Assembly (NCBI GenBank): GCA_945883145.1
Contig: CAMCXB010000002.1
Span: 41,825 to 105,824, forward strand
Reading direction: 5' to 3'
Origin: Bordetella parapertussis
Lineage (GTDB): Bacteria > Pseudomonadota > Gammaproteobacteria > Burkholderiales > Burkholderiaceae_D
Length of the DNA: 64,000 nt
In this document: piece after piece, positions 43,516-53,580 of the stretch
Layout: the number at the start of each line of letters is the position of its first letter
Numbering within the stretch: the stretch's first letter is position 1
Position numbers and translations under genes: made by a program
The notes under the pieces: model-generated
Databases searched by the model: none
The model's input: only the letters and a program-made list of their open reading frames with translations
Told to the model about the DNA's origin: nothing

Positions 43516-46317
43516 TTATCGCTGTGTTTCGATTTGAACCAATGGTTCATCCGCAATCACTGGAGTAGGTTTTCTTTCTCTTGGTATGCGTTGTTCAACA
43601 ACAGTTGGTGTGCTTTGTTGTACTGAGCGCAGTTTTTCTGGATCAGTGACTGCCATGGTGAGCCCTGCTGCTTGTAGTACGGCTTCTAAATTTTCTACCG
43701 TTGCGACTGGTGCAGGTTGACGAATCACTGGAGCTGCTACTGGTGCTGCTGCCGGAGCAACTACTGGCGCAACTACTGGCGCTGCTACCGGAGCATCTAC
43801 TGGCGCTGTTATCTGAGTAGCTACTGGTGCAGAAACAGGTGTTTCATGATGAATAATCGGCTGCACAACTGGAGCCATGTCTGAGCTTGTTGGCGCAGGT
43901 TCAAAGTAAGTTGTGCTTGCTACGATCTCCGGTGCTGTCGTGTGTTGTGGCGCATGTGTTGTGACTGATGGCTGCACGGCTTCATGTTGATGTGCATGCG
44001 TTTGTGCTGCAACAACTGGTGCGTGCTCGCTTGCATGATGATGCGTATGCACTGGCTCGTGATGATGTGCTTCACCACTGTTGTCACTCGCATGGGTAGT
44101 GTGTGCAGTATCCATCATGTCATGTACATGATCTCCTGATTCATTATCCTGTTGATCATCTGTGTTGGACACATCGGATGGATCACGGTCACGACGATTA
44201 CGATTACGACCACCACGACGACGTCTGCGTTTTGGTTGTTCATCTCCCTCTGGACCATTCGCTGTTTCTAGTTGTGGGCCAGGTGCTTGATGTTGTTCAT
44301 GTGCAGGCAAGAGCGTTTGCTGCTCAACAGGATTCAATAATGCTTCCTCTGTTGCAGGTGCATTCCTATCTTTGCGCTGACCACGTTGTGGACGCTCACG
44401 ACGATTTTCATTCGGCTCTCTAGGCTCTTTAGGCTCGCGTGGTGGTTTAGGTTGACGCTGTGCATTCGGCTCTTTAGCTTCTGCACCTGCTGTTGCAGGA
44501 CGATCTTCTTTATCACGACCACCACGACCGCGACCACGACCACGGCCACGAGCAGGGCGATCTCCACGATCACGATGTGTGGGTTTAGCACTTGTGCTTG
44601 TTGCTGGTTCAGCAGGCTTTTTACGGAATAGTCCAAACAAGCGTGATAAGAAACCTTCGGCTGCATCACCACTTGCAGACTGATTAGGACGTCTATCAAC
44701 GATAGGCGCAGGTTGATCTGGTGTGATGGTTTTTACTACTGCTTCTTGGCGTGGACGTGATTCTTCTTTCTGGCGCTTGCTATAACCGATGTCGGTATTC
44801 ATTTGTTCAGCGATGGTGTAGCTGGCCTGCAGATCTTCGAGACGCGTATCATCATGCTTGAGGCGCTCAAGTTTGTAATGCGGTGTTTCGAGGAATTTAT
44901 TCGGAATCAGAATAACGTTCACACGATGACGGGTTTCGATTTTTAAAATTTCACCACGTTTTTCATTCAACAAGAATGCAGCAACATCAACCGGCACTTG
45001 TACGTGAATCGCGGCTGAATTTTCTTTCATTGCTTCTTCCTGAATAATGCGCAGGACTTGTAATGCAGAGGATTCAGTGTCACGAATATGCCCCGTGCCA
45101 TTACAACGTGGGCAAGTCACATGACTACCTTCCGACAAAGAAGGACGCAGACGTTGACGTGAGAGCTCCATCAAACCAAAGCGTGAAATCTTACCCATCT
45201 GTACGCGAGCACGATCGTAGTGCAAGGCATCTTTGAGGCGGTTTTCTATTTCACGTTGATTTTTCGAGTTTTCCATGTCGATAAAATCGATCACGATCAA
45301 ACCACCTAAGTCACGCAAACGTAATTGACGCGCTACTTCTTCTGCTGCTTCTAAATTTGTGTTGAAGGCAGTGGTTTCAATATCACCACCGCGTGTTGCT
45401 CTGGCTGAGTTAACGTCAACTGAAACTAAGGCTTCAGTATGGTCGATCACGATAGCGCCACCGGAAGGCAAAGGAACGGTACGTGAGTACGCAGTTTCGA
45501 TTTGATGTTCAATCTGGAAGCGTGAGAACAATGGCACATCATCACGATAGCGTTTTACTCTGTGTGCCATGTCAGGCATCACATGGCTCATGAATTGTTG
45601 AGCTTGTTCGAAGATGTCATCCGTATCAATTAAGACTTCACCGATATCAGGTTGGAAGTAATCGCGAATCGCGCGTATGACTAAAGAAGATTCTTGATAA
45701 ATTAAAAATGCACCAGTTGAGGATTGGCTCGCACCTTCAATCGCGCCCCACAACTGCATTAAGTAATTTAAGTCCCACTGCAATTCATCGACATTACGAC
45801 CTATGCCTGCTGTACGAGCAATCACGGACATGCCAGTTGGCAGATCGAGTTTGTCCATGGTGTCGCGTAGTTCTTGTCTGTCTTCACCTTCAACCCGACG
45901 TGATACGCCGCCACCACGTGGATTGTTAGGCATGAGGACTAGATAGCGACCAGCGAGTGATACAAATGAGGTGAGTGCAGCGCCTTTATTGCCGCGCTCT
46001 TCTTTCTCAACTTGCACCATGATTTCTTGGCCTTCACGTAAAGCATCGCGCACGGATGCATTACGTAGATCGACGCCTTCACGGAAGTAGCTGCGAGCGA
46101 CTTCTTTGAATGGCAAGAAGCCGTGGCGTTCTTCGCCATAATTAACGAAGCAAGCTTCGAGTGAGGGTTCAATGCGGGTGATGACGCCTTTGTAAATGTT
46201 TGATTTACGTTGTTCGCGTCCGGTTGTTTCGATATCGATATCAATGAGTTTTTGCCCATCGACGATTGCTACGCGCAGTTCTTCCTGTTGCGTGGCATTA
46301 AACAGCATACGTTTCAT
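43516..46317 (-). CDS. rne: ribonuclease E
   Basis: Start set at ATG 46317 (MKRMLFNATQQEELRVAIVDGQKL, GGAG RBS). S1 domain, catalytic core and Zn-link CPRCNGTGHI are present. The long low-complexity C-terminal scaffold carries RG, KEPREP, His-rich and AP(V/A) repeats. Confidence 0.95.
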   Translation of the reverse strand: MKRMLFNATQQEELRVAIVDGQKLIDIDIETTGREQRKSNIYKGVITRIEPSLEACFVNYGEERHGFLPFKEVARSYFREGVDLRNASVRDALREGQEIMVQVEKEERGNKGAALTSFVSLAGRYLVLMPNNPRGGGVSRRVEGEDRQELRDTMDKLDLPTGMSVIARTAGIGRNVDELQWDLNYLMQLWGAIEGASQSSTGAFLIYQESSLVIRAIRDYFQPDIGEVLIDTDDIFEQAQQFMSHVMPDMAHRVKRYRDDVPLFSRFQIEHQIETAYSRTVPLPSGGAIVIDHTEALVSVDVNSARATRGGDIETTAFNTNLEAAEEVARQLRLRDLGGLIVIDFIDMENSKNQREIENRLKDALHYDRARVQMGKISRFGLMELSRQRLRPSLSEGSHVTCPRCNGTGHIRDTESSALQVLRIIQEEAMKENSAAIHVQVPVDVAAFLLNEKRGEILKIETRHRVNVILIPNKFLETPHYKLERLKHDDTRLEDLQASYTIAEQMNTDIGYSKRQKEESRPRQEAVVKTITPDQPAPIVDRRPNQSASGDAAEGFLSRLFGLFRKKPAEPATSTSAKPTHRDRGDRPARGRGRGRGRGGRDKEDRPATAGAEAKEPNAQRQPKPPREPKEPREPNENRRERPQRGQRKDRNAPATEEALLNPVEQQTLLPAHEQHQAPGPQLETANGPEGDEQPKRRRRRGGRNRNRRDRDPSDVSNTDDQQDNESGDHVHDMMDTAHTTHASDNSGEAHHHEPVHTHHHASEHAPVVAAQTHAHQHEAVQPSVTTHAPQHTTAPEIVASTTYFEPAPTSSDMAPVVQPIIHHETPVSAPVATQITAPVDAPVAAPVVAPVVAPAAAPVAAPVIRQPAPVATVENLEAVLQAAGLTMAVTDPEKLRSVQQSTPTVVEQRIPRERKPTPVIADEPLVQIETQR

Positions 46318-46868
46318 GTTGTTAGCTCCGTGACCATTAAGGCCATATTTCTTTGTGTGCGGAGCGAATACGCTAGAGCACACAGCACATCATAGGATGT
46401 ATGCGAGAGCCGAACTTGGGGAAGGGGGAAGAGTTGCCGTTTTCGTCTTGAGCATTCACATCAATTGATGTGAGAGTCAACACAGGGCGCGGATGAAAAA
46501 AATCAGTTGGTGACTTGCAGCGCCGAGCCTCGCAAGCCATGACAATCAAGCGCCAATAAAAATGGCAGGGCTTGATGCGATGGGTGGCGATTCGGATTAA
46601 CCATAATTAATGTGGTTTGCAAATTCATTTAACTCGATTCAATTACATCAACCAACAAGCTCACATCACATGGAGTGGGCTGGTCAGACTTATCCTTACG
46701 TTCCAAGCATTCGGTCCAACATTCCAGCGCACGGTCCGGCGACAACAGAGGAGCAGCCTTGACGGCACAGGAATGCTGCATACACAGCTTTCCCATCGAA
46801 TTTGCAAATTTGGCGAGGCCGATGGAGTCGCCCCTGTGTAGAATGTATTTTTTATTCTTACACGCGCA

Positions 46869-47924
46869 GTGATTACAACCTCACTGCAGCCTGATTATAT
46901 ATTCAAAATGAAGGACTTAGCGAGTGTTTCTGAAGCGTTTGTCAGATCCCAAGAGGTTACACCGACTGGGCAGGTACAAATGCAAGTCCGAATGATAGCA
47001 ATTGAACAAGAAGATGCGGGTCAACGCATTGATAACTTTTTGATACGCATCTGTAAAGGCGTACCTAAAAGCCATGTTTATCAGGTTTTACGTTCAGGTC
47101 AGGTGAGAGTTAATAAGGGCAGAGTAGCCCAAACTTATCGCTTAGTTGAAGGCGATATGGTGCGTGTTCCGCCTATGCGCTTGGCGGAGCGCGAAGAAAA
47201 ACATACGCCTGCTGCTGAATTTAAGATTCTGTTGGAAGATAGTCATTTGTTGGTGATTGATAAACCTGCAGGTGTCGCAGTGCATGGTGGTTCGGGTGTG
47301 AGTTATGGTGTGATTGAGCAGTTGCGAGCTTCTAGGCCAGAGGCGCAATTTCTCGAGTTGGTGCATAGATTAGACCGAGAAACCTCAGGTATTTTGATGT
47401 TGGCTAAAAAACGCTCAGCGCTCACGCATTTACATGAGCAAATTCGTGCGGGCACTATCGATAAACGTTATTTAACACTGGTGTATGGTGAGTGGAAAAA
47501 CAGTCGACAGCACGTCAAACTGCCGCTCTTTAAATACACCACGCCGGATGGTGAGCGCCGAGTTCGTGTACAAACAGAGGGTGGACTCGCTTCGCACACG
47601 ATTTTTAATTTATTGCGAAAATACGGTGACTTTGCATTACTAGAAGCAGAATTGAAAACGGGACGCACGCATCAGATTAGGGTGCATTTATCAGCCAATG
47701 GTTTTCCGATTGCAGGCGATGATAAATATGGTGACTTTACGCTCAATCGCCGCTTGCAAAAAGCAGAAGGGCTGAGAAAAGCCTGTAAGCGCATGTTTTT
47801 ACATGCTTATAAAATTAGTTTTACGCATCCTGATACGAATAAAGTCATTCAGCTACAAGCAGCATTGCCTAAAGATTGTGAAAGTTTTTTACAGAGTTTG
47901 CTTGCTGAGGAAAATACAGCCTGA
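46869..47924 (+). CDS. rluC: 23S rRNA pseudouridine synthase, RluA family (RluC-like)
   Basis: S4 domain (QRIDNFLIRICKGVPKSHVYQVLRSGQVRVNKGR) and catalytic motif HRLDRETSGILMLAK. It is divergent from rne, as in E. coli. GTG 46869 is the longest start; ATG 46908 is an alternative. Confidence 0.85.
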   Translation: MITTSLQPDYIFKMKDLASVSEAFVRSQEVTPTGQVQMQVRMIAIEQEDAGQRIDNFLIRICKGVPKSHVYQVLRSGQVRVNKGRVAQTYRLVEGDMVRVPPMRLAEREEKHTPAAEFKILLEDSHLLVIDKPAGVAVHGGSGVSYGVIEQLRASRPEAQFLELVHRLDRETSGILMLAKKRSALTHLHEQIRAGTIDKRYLTLVYGEWKNSRQHVKLPLFKYTTPDGERRVRVQTEGGLASHTIFNLLRKYGDFALLEAELKTGRTHQIRVHLSANGFPIAGDDKYGDFTLNRRLQKAEGLRKACKRMFLHAYKISFTHPDTNKVIQLQAALPKDCESFLQSLLAEENTA

Positions 47925-48025
47925 CTCTGGATGTAAGAAATAAAATAATGAACGATATAAACTTAACCACAGCCTAATCACTTACCAAAAAGTCTGGATG
48001 CTGCCTGCTAGCGCCAGAACACACT

Positions 48026-48685
48026 ATGCCAAGAAAACAATTTGATTTAATCGTCTTTGACTGGGACGGCACACTGATGGACAGCACTGCTGCTATTGTG
48101 AAGAGCATGCAAGCTGCTGCCAAAGATTTAAGTTTGCCTGTGCCAGATAATAAGTCAGCATCGTATGTGATTGGTTTAGGTTTGCAAGATGCGATGCAAA
48201 CTTTAATGCCTGATCTTGATCCTGCTGCTTATCCACGTATGGTAGAGCGTTATAAGCATCATTATTTATCGCAAGATCATGAGTTAACTTTGTTTGATGG
48301 TGTGCCAGAGATGTTGGATCAACTCTCTGCTGATGGTTATTTTTTAGCGGTTGCAACTGGTAAAAGTCGTGTTGGACTTAACAGAGCCTTACACGCAGTC
48401 GGTATGATGAGTTTGTTTGATGCCACACGCTGTGCAGATGAAACTTTTTCTAAACCGCATCCCGCAATGTTGCAAGAACTGACGCGAGAATTAGGTCAAG
48501 ATATGAAGCGCACCCTCATGATAGGCGACACTACCCATGATTTACTGATGGCGAGTAATGCAGGTGCTGCTTCTGTTGGTGTGTATTTCGGTGCACATCC
48601 TGAACATGAATTAAATCAGCATGCGCCTTTGTTTGGCGCGCATTCTATTCCTGCCTTACATGATTGGTTAATCGAGCATGCCTGA
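48026..48685 (+). CDS. HAD-superfamily hydrolase (phosphoglycolate phosphatase-like)
   Basis: HAD motif I FDWDGTLMDS, motif II (VATGK) and motif IV (GDTTHD). Confidence 0.8.
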   Translation: MPRKQFDLIVFDWDGTLMDSTAAIVKSMQAAAKDLSLPVPDNKSASYVIGLGLQDAMQTLMPDLDPAAYPRMVERYKHHYLSQDHELTLFDGVPEMLDQLSADGYFLAVATGKSRVGLNRALHAVGMMSLFDATRCADETFSKPHPAMLQELTRELGQDMKRTLMIGDTTHDLLMASNAGAASVGVYFGAHPEHELNQHAPLFGAHSIPALHDWLIEHA

Positions 48686-49067
48686 TAGCGCAGAGATGTC
48701 TGATTCCACTATTTTTATTTGTGAATCATCTGCAGTCGAAGAGGGTGGTCGTGGTGTGCGTTTTCCGCTTACTGCTGCGGGTGAAGATGCAGTGGGTTTT
48801 GTGGTGCGGTTCGAGCAGGAAGTGCATGGTTATTTAAACCGCTGTGCACATGTGCCTATGGAGTTGGATTGGAATCAGGGTGAGTTTTTTGAATCCAGTG
48901 GTTTGTTTTTAATGTGTGCAACGCACGGTGCATTATATGAACCTAACACAGGAAAATGTGCAGGTGGTCCCTGCCGTGGTGGTAGCTTGAAACAAATTAA
49001 AGTCGTTGAAAAAGAGCACAAAATATTTTGGCAGCCGGATGATGTTTTTCGTCCTGTGCTTGCCTGA
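48678..49067 (+). CDS. Rieske (2Fe-2S) domain protein
   Basis: Rieske ligand motifs CAHV and CATHG, 129 aa. It overlaps the HAD gene by 8 nt. Confidence 0.8.
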   Translation: MPDSAEMSDSTIFICESSAVEEGGRGVRFPLTAAGEDAVGFVVRFEQEVHGYLNRCAHVPMELDWNQGEFFESSGLFLMCATHGALYEPNTGKCAGGPCRGGSLKQIKVVEKEHKIFWQPDDVFRPVLA

Positions 49068-49112
49068 TAAATAGTGCACTTCATATTAGTCTGAATGTAA
49101 AGAAAAAATATC

Positions 49113-50273
49113 ATGAACGATAAAGAACAAAATACACCTACAACTCCATCATCACAATCAGATGGTCAATCACATCCTGAAAATAAGAGTGTGGAATCTG
49201 CAGTGGATGAAGCTACACATCAGGTGAAGCATGATGCGCATGGTGAAGCTAAGTATGCAGAACAGCACGAAGATAAGCACGAAGAGCAGCATGAAAAAAA
49301 ATCAGAATGGACACATGCTTCTGCGCATACTGAGCCTTCTTTGATTCCAGAGCGTACCGTGTTAGAAAGTTTGGCACGTGAGATGTTGAATGAACAAAAA
49401 GCGAATCGTCGCTGGCGTAATTTCTTTCGTTTTTCTGTATTACTCGTTACCGTGGTTGCGATTTGGGCAGCATTTGATATTAGTGGTGCACCTAAAGAAG
49501 TATTGACGCGTCACACTGCCTTAGTTGAATTAAATGGTGAAATTGATGGTGATAGTAGTTCTGCTTCAGCTAGTGTTTTGCTTCCTGCATTGAATAGTGC
49601 ATTTAGTGATGAAGCATCAGCGGGCATTATTTTGCGTGTGAATAGTCCGGGTGGCTCTCCTGTGCAAGCCGGTATTGTGAATGATGAAATCACGCGCTTA
49701 CGCGCGCTTTATCCTAAGAAGCCGCTGTATGTGGTGGTAGAAGATATGTGTGCTTCAGGTTGCTATTACATCGCTGCTGCTGCTGATGGTATTTATGTGA
49801 ATCAAGCGAGCATTGTTGGATCAATCGGTGTCTTAATGAGTAGTTTTGGTTTTACAGGTTTGATGGAAAAAATTGGTGTTGAACGTCGCTTAATGACAGC
49901 AGGTGAAAACAAGGGTTTTCTTGATCCATTCTCTGCGCAGACACCTACGCAAAAAGAATTTACGCAAGGCTTGTTACATGAAATTCATGAACAATTTATT
50001 GCAGTGGTGAGAAAAGGACGTGGCAAGCGTTTGAAAGAAACGCCTGATATGTTTTCCGGATTGTTTTGGACAGGTAGTAAAGCTATCTCTCTTGGTTTAG
50101 CAGATGGCTTGGGTACTGTAGATAGCGTAGCGCGTGATGTAATTAAAGCTGAAGAAATTGTTGATTACACAGCGCATGAAGGTTTATCTGATCGTGTATT
50201 GAAAAAGATTGGTGCTGCTGCTGGTGCGAGTGCAGTGAAGGCAATGCAATCCGAAGCGATCAAGCTGCGCTAA
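49113..50273 (+). CDS. S49-family serine peptidase (SppA 36K / SohB-like)
   Basis: Acidic/His-rich N-terminus, one TM helix (FFRFSVLLVTVVAIWAAF) and an S49 core (LRVNSPGGSPVQA, MCASGCYYIAAAAD, GSIGV). Confidence 0.85.
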   Translation: MNDKEQNTPTTPSSQSDGQSHPENKSVESAVDEATHQVKHDAHGEAKYAEQHEDKHEEQHEKKSEWTHASAHTEPSLIPERTVLESLAREMLNEQKANRRWRNFFRFSVLLVTVVAIWAAFDISGAPKEVLTRHTALVELNGEIDGDSSSASASVLLPALNSAFSDEASAGIILRVNSPGGSPVQAGIVNDEITRLRALYPKKPLYVVVEDMCASGCYYIAAAADGIYVNQASIVGSIGVLMSSFGFTGLMEKIGVERRLMTAGENKGFLDPFSAQTPTQKEFTQGLLHEIHEQFIAVVRKGRGKRLKETPDMFSGLFWTGSKAISLGLADGLGTVDSVARDVIKAEEIVDYTAHEGLSDRVLKKIGAAAGASAVKAMQSEAIKLR

Positions 50274-50590
50274 AGCCAGCTGAATCACTGATTACGTATT
50301 ACTTGATTAGTTTTGTACTGTCGGTTCGATCAGCGAACTAAAAATCATCTGCTCATCTAGTGCAGTTCTATGATTTTTAGCAAGACGGTAGATTAATAGA
50401 ACTCTTGCGGGTGTGTAGTTACACAGAGTTCGAAATTTAATTTGAATAGCCATAGCGTTATGTCATTAGATTTCAATTATTAATCTATCCGTTCTCTTTC
50501 ATTTCCCACTTTCTTATTCACATACTTTATTCAGACGAGGCGGTTTTTCGTTGTTTGAATTGACGGTATATCACTTCCACAGGAAAAAAT

Positions 50591-51955
50591 ATGCAGCCAG
50601 TTGGCAATTACAGTCATGTTCGATCTCCACTGTTGATGCAGGTCGAGGCAGAGCAGGTTACAACTTCATCACGTTCTACTCACAGCAATAATCAACAAAT
50701 TGCACCACGTATGTTTAGCAAGAATATGATTTTTGTTGAATTGCCACAGGCATCAAAATCTACCCGAGTAGGCGGACCCCAACTTAGACGTCCTAAAATG
50801 GATCAGCGTGCCAGAGAGAATATTGTGAATCAAATTCGCAAGAAAAATGGCATAGCGTTACCCGATCAGATGATTAGTCAGTCTAAACAAATCGCTCTGG
50901 TTGACGCATTAGATAGTGCATATAGTTATGAGTCGCTGACTGAGACAGCAAAGGATATGTGGACATGGATGGCGACGGCAACGCGGTCATTGTCTTCTTA
51001 TATGCCTGATATTCAGATAGGTCCGCCAGCAGTAGAGGCTAGCTTTTCAAGTAATGTAATAGATGTCACTAAACCATCGACGATCAGTGAGTTTTTAAAG
51101 TCATTTCAACATGATTTTGATATACAGTTAAGTAGATCTTTGCAATTAGATGATAGCGTTAAAGGTGTAACGATTATTGTTGGAACTAAAGGATTTGATA
51201 AGAGTATTAACGAAAAAATTGCCCGAGTACTTGCTGGAATGAAGAATGTCGACGGCGATTTATTGTTCATTCCAGGTTCAATGCCGGGATGTAAGTTCGC
51301 TTTGGATGTGTATAAGCTACGTAATGCTAACTGCAAAGAAATTGATGGCGATCTTCCATTCAACACTAACGGTTTATCAGAAGCTTCAATAGAAATTCAG
51401 AAATTTTCTATATTTAGGACAACGATGGCTGAGCCGAATAAGGCAGCATTGCAAATATCAAATTTAGTAAAAAAAACGACTGATTCACTTAAAAAAATGA
51501 AGTCAATAATTGATCAAGCTGGGGGACTTGATCTAGCAGAAATAGATAAGATAATTGATAAAGAAGAATTTCAGGATTATTCAACACAGAAAAAATTTGA
51601 TCCTTCTTCGGTATATGTGGGCAATAGTAATTATATGAATATGGAGGAAATACGTTCCAAATTTAATGCAGCATTAGATGATGGAAAGCGATTAAAGATT
51701 GCTGTTGATGGTTCTATTACTATTAATCCTTATAAATCAATAGGTGAAAGTTTAGTAAATACGATTAATTCTCACAACTCAGATAGTTCTACTAAATATG
51801 CTGTGATTGACGTTGAAGACTTATTTACTGTGGCGGATAAATTGTATGACGACATAGTCGGCAATGCTATCGTGATGGTTCCTCATGGTATTTATAAAAA
51901 TACGCTAAATCAAAATCTATTATTACAACGAGATTCTAAAAGAATTGATCTTTAA
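50591..51955 (+). CDS. hypothetical protein, AT-rich orphan
   Basis: 454-codon ORF with no TM segment, signal peptide or motif that I recognise. G+C drops toward the 3' half (spot counts about 25-35%). It lies between the S49 peptidase gene and the convergent methyltransferase gene. Confidence 0.6.
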   Translation: MQPVGNYSHVRSPLLMQVEAEQVTTSSRSTHSNNQQIAPRMFSKNMIFVELPQASKSTRVGGPQLRRPKMDQRARENIVNQIRKKNGIALPDQMISQSKQIALVDALDSAYSYESLTETAKDMWTWMATATRSLSSYMPDIQIGPPAVEASFSSNVIDVTKPSTISEFLKSFQHDFDIQLSRSLQLDDSVKGVTIIVGTKGFDKSINEKIARVLAGMKNVDGDLLFIPGSMPGCKFALDVYKLRNANCKEIDGDLPFNTNGLSEASIEIQKFSIFRTTMAEPNKAALQISNLVKKTTDSLKKMKSIIDQAGGLDLAEIDKIIDKEEFQDYSTQKKFDPSSVYVGNSNYMNMEEIRSKFNAALDDGKRLKIAVDGSITINPYKSIGESLVNTINSHNSDSSTKYAVIDVEDLFTVADKLYDDIVGNAIVMVPHGIYKNTLNQNLLLQRDSKRIDL

Positions 51956-52036
51956 ATAGAAAATCGCGACTTGATCTTTTAGTCACATTGATCAAATCGC
52001 GATGACCAAAGATGAAATTCTGAAGAATACTATTAC

Positions 52037-52768
52037 TTATTCAGCTAAAAATAAAAACACGGTTGGCTTCTTATGAAAATCAGGAAGCCGACCTTTTGCA
52101 ATTTCTCGCTCCCATGCATCAGCAGTTTGAGTCGTGATGGTTTCCGAAGTTAAAGTCAAATCAGTTGCAACACAGACTAAAGTTTGGCCATTGCAGTTAC
52201 TCAGCATTGCTTCTAACAACGCCTGATTACGATAAGGCGTTTCAATAAAAATCTGCGTTTGATTTTCTTGCTGTGAGCGTTGCTCTAATAATTTAATGCG
52301 TTTACTCCGCATGCTTGCATCAGTAGGTAAGTAACCATGAAATGCGAAGCTTTGTCCATTTAAGCCGCTTGCCATTAAGGCTAATAAAATCGATGAAGGT
52401 CCCACTAAAGGTTTTACGGTGATGCCTTCTGCATGAGCGAGTCGAACTAAGCTTGCACCGGGATCGGCAACAGCAGGTACACCGGCTTCTGATAACACGC
52501 CCACATTAAAACCTTCACGCAGTGGTGCTAACAAAGCAGGTAATGCAGCTGCGGATGTGTTGATGTTGAGTTCAGTGATCTGTATCTCTTGCAATGCGAT
52601 AGACAATGGATGACTTGCACTCACTTGTTTTAAAAATGCACGCGCAGTCTTGGCATTTTCAGCAACGAAGTGATGCAGGGATGCTGTCACAGCGCACACT
52701 TCTGCCGGCAAAATGCTAACTAGTTCAGTAGGTCCTAAGGATGTGGGAATTAAATAAAGCGTAGTCAT
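52037..52768 (-). CDS. SAM-dependent methyltransferase, tetrapyrrole-methylase fold (RsmI-like)
   Basis: 243-aa ORF with the family layout (LYLIPTSLG..., VLSEAGVPAVADPG, ETPYR). It lies next to maf, as in Burkholderiales. Confidence 0.7.
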   Translation of the reverse strand: MTTLYLIPTSLGPTELVSILPAEVCAVTASLHHFVAENAKTARAFLKQVSASHPLSIALQEIQITELNINTSAAALPALLAPLREGFNVGVLSEAGVPAVADPGASLVRLAHAEGITVKPLVGPSSILLALMASGLNGQSFAFHGYLPTDASMRSKRIKLLEQRSQQENQTQIFIETPYRNQALLEAMLSNCNGQTLVCVATDLTLTSETITTQTADAWEREIAKGRLPDFHKKPTVFLFLAE

Positions 52769-52792
52769 AAGAGTTGGTTGAAATTAGTCACG

Positions 52793-53416
52793 CTAAAAAA
52801 AAGACACACCGCAATTGCGCAGCATGCTGGTGAGTGCAATCAGAGGTAAGCCTGTAAGTGCGGTAGGGTCTGTGCCTTCGATTGAGGCTATCAGTGTAAT
52901 GCCTAAGCCTTCATTTTTTGCGCTGCCTGCACAATCATAAGGTTGTTCAATTTTTAAATAGGCATCTAACTCTGCATTAGGCAAATCACGAAAGGTCACC
53001 ACGGTTTGTATATTTTCTATTTGCAGTGGTTTGGTGCTTGTCGGGTGCGTGTCGATTAAACATAGTGCAGTGTGAAACACAACCGAGCGTCCGCGCATCA
53101 TTTGTAATTGCGCTAATGCGTTTGCATGATTACCTGGTTTGCCGATTTGGTGATTGTCGAGAGTTGCTACTTGATCAGAACCAATCACTAGCGCAGGCGA
53201 GGTCTGCTCGGCGATTTTTTGTGCTTTAGCTTGCGCTAAGCGCAGTGCGGTGGCTACCGGTGTTTCATTCGGCAGACTGGTTTCATCTATGTCAGGTGAC
53301 ATGACTTCAAAGGGCAAACGCAAGCGCTGCAGTAATTCTTTGCGATAGGCTGAGCCTGACGCCAGAATCAGTCTTCGTGGTGTGTTTGCTGAGGGTGGAG
53401 AAGATGAGTCTTGCAT
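52793..53416 (-). CDS. maf: Maf-like nucleoside-triphosphate pyrophosphatase
   Basis: LILASGSAYRKELL N-terminus, IGSDQV and GKPG motifs, 207 aa. It is divergent from yceD-rpmF. Confidence 0.85.
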   Translation of the reverse strand: MQDSSSPPSANTPRRLILASGSAYRKELLQRLRLPFEVMSPDIDETSLPNETPVATALRLAQAKAQKIAEQTSPALVIGSDQVATLDNHQIGKPGNHANALAQLQMMRGRSVVFHTALCLIDTHPTSTKPLQIENIQTVVTFRDLPNAELDAYLKIEQPYDCAGSAKNEGLGITLIASIEGTDPTALTGLPLIALTSMLRNCGVSFF

Positions 53417-53523
53417 TTATGGCAAACAATTATCAAGAAAAAGAAGTGGTATCGGTCATGTGGCGTACTTGAAAAAACGGCTGCAAAACAGCTGCGTGAG
53501 CTCGTCTCAAACACTGTAAGGCT

Positions 53524-53553
53524 TTGACTTATAAGGCAAAACCCTAGTATTAT
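53524..53553 (+). promoter_or_regulatory. candidate sigma-70 promoter of the yceD-rpmF-plsX-fab cluster
   Basis: TTGACT-18 nt-TATTAT, about 30 nt upstream of the yceD ORF. This is a sequence match only. Confidence 0.35.
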
Positions 53554-53580
53554 CTCAGGTTTTTCGACGGGCTCGCGGAC

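Noticed and set aside
44103-44699. ORFs on both strands inside the rne C-terminal region (44103-44423+, 44334-44699-, 44386-44631+)
   Set aside because: These are artefacts of repetitive, compositionally biased DNA (CGACCACGACC repeats). The rne frame is continuous and has recognisable RG/KEP motifs.
46617-46872. ORFs 46617-46841(+) and 46675-46872(+) upstream of rluC
   Set aside because: They lie in the expected rne leader / divergent promoter region, overlap one another, and have neither family resemblance nor RBS.
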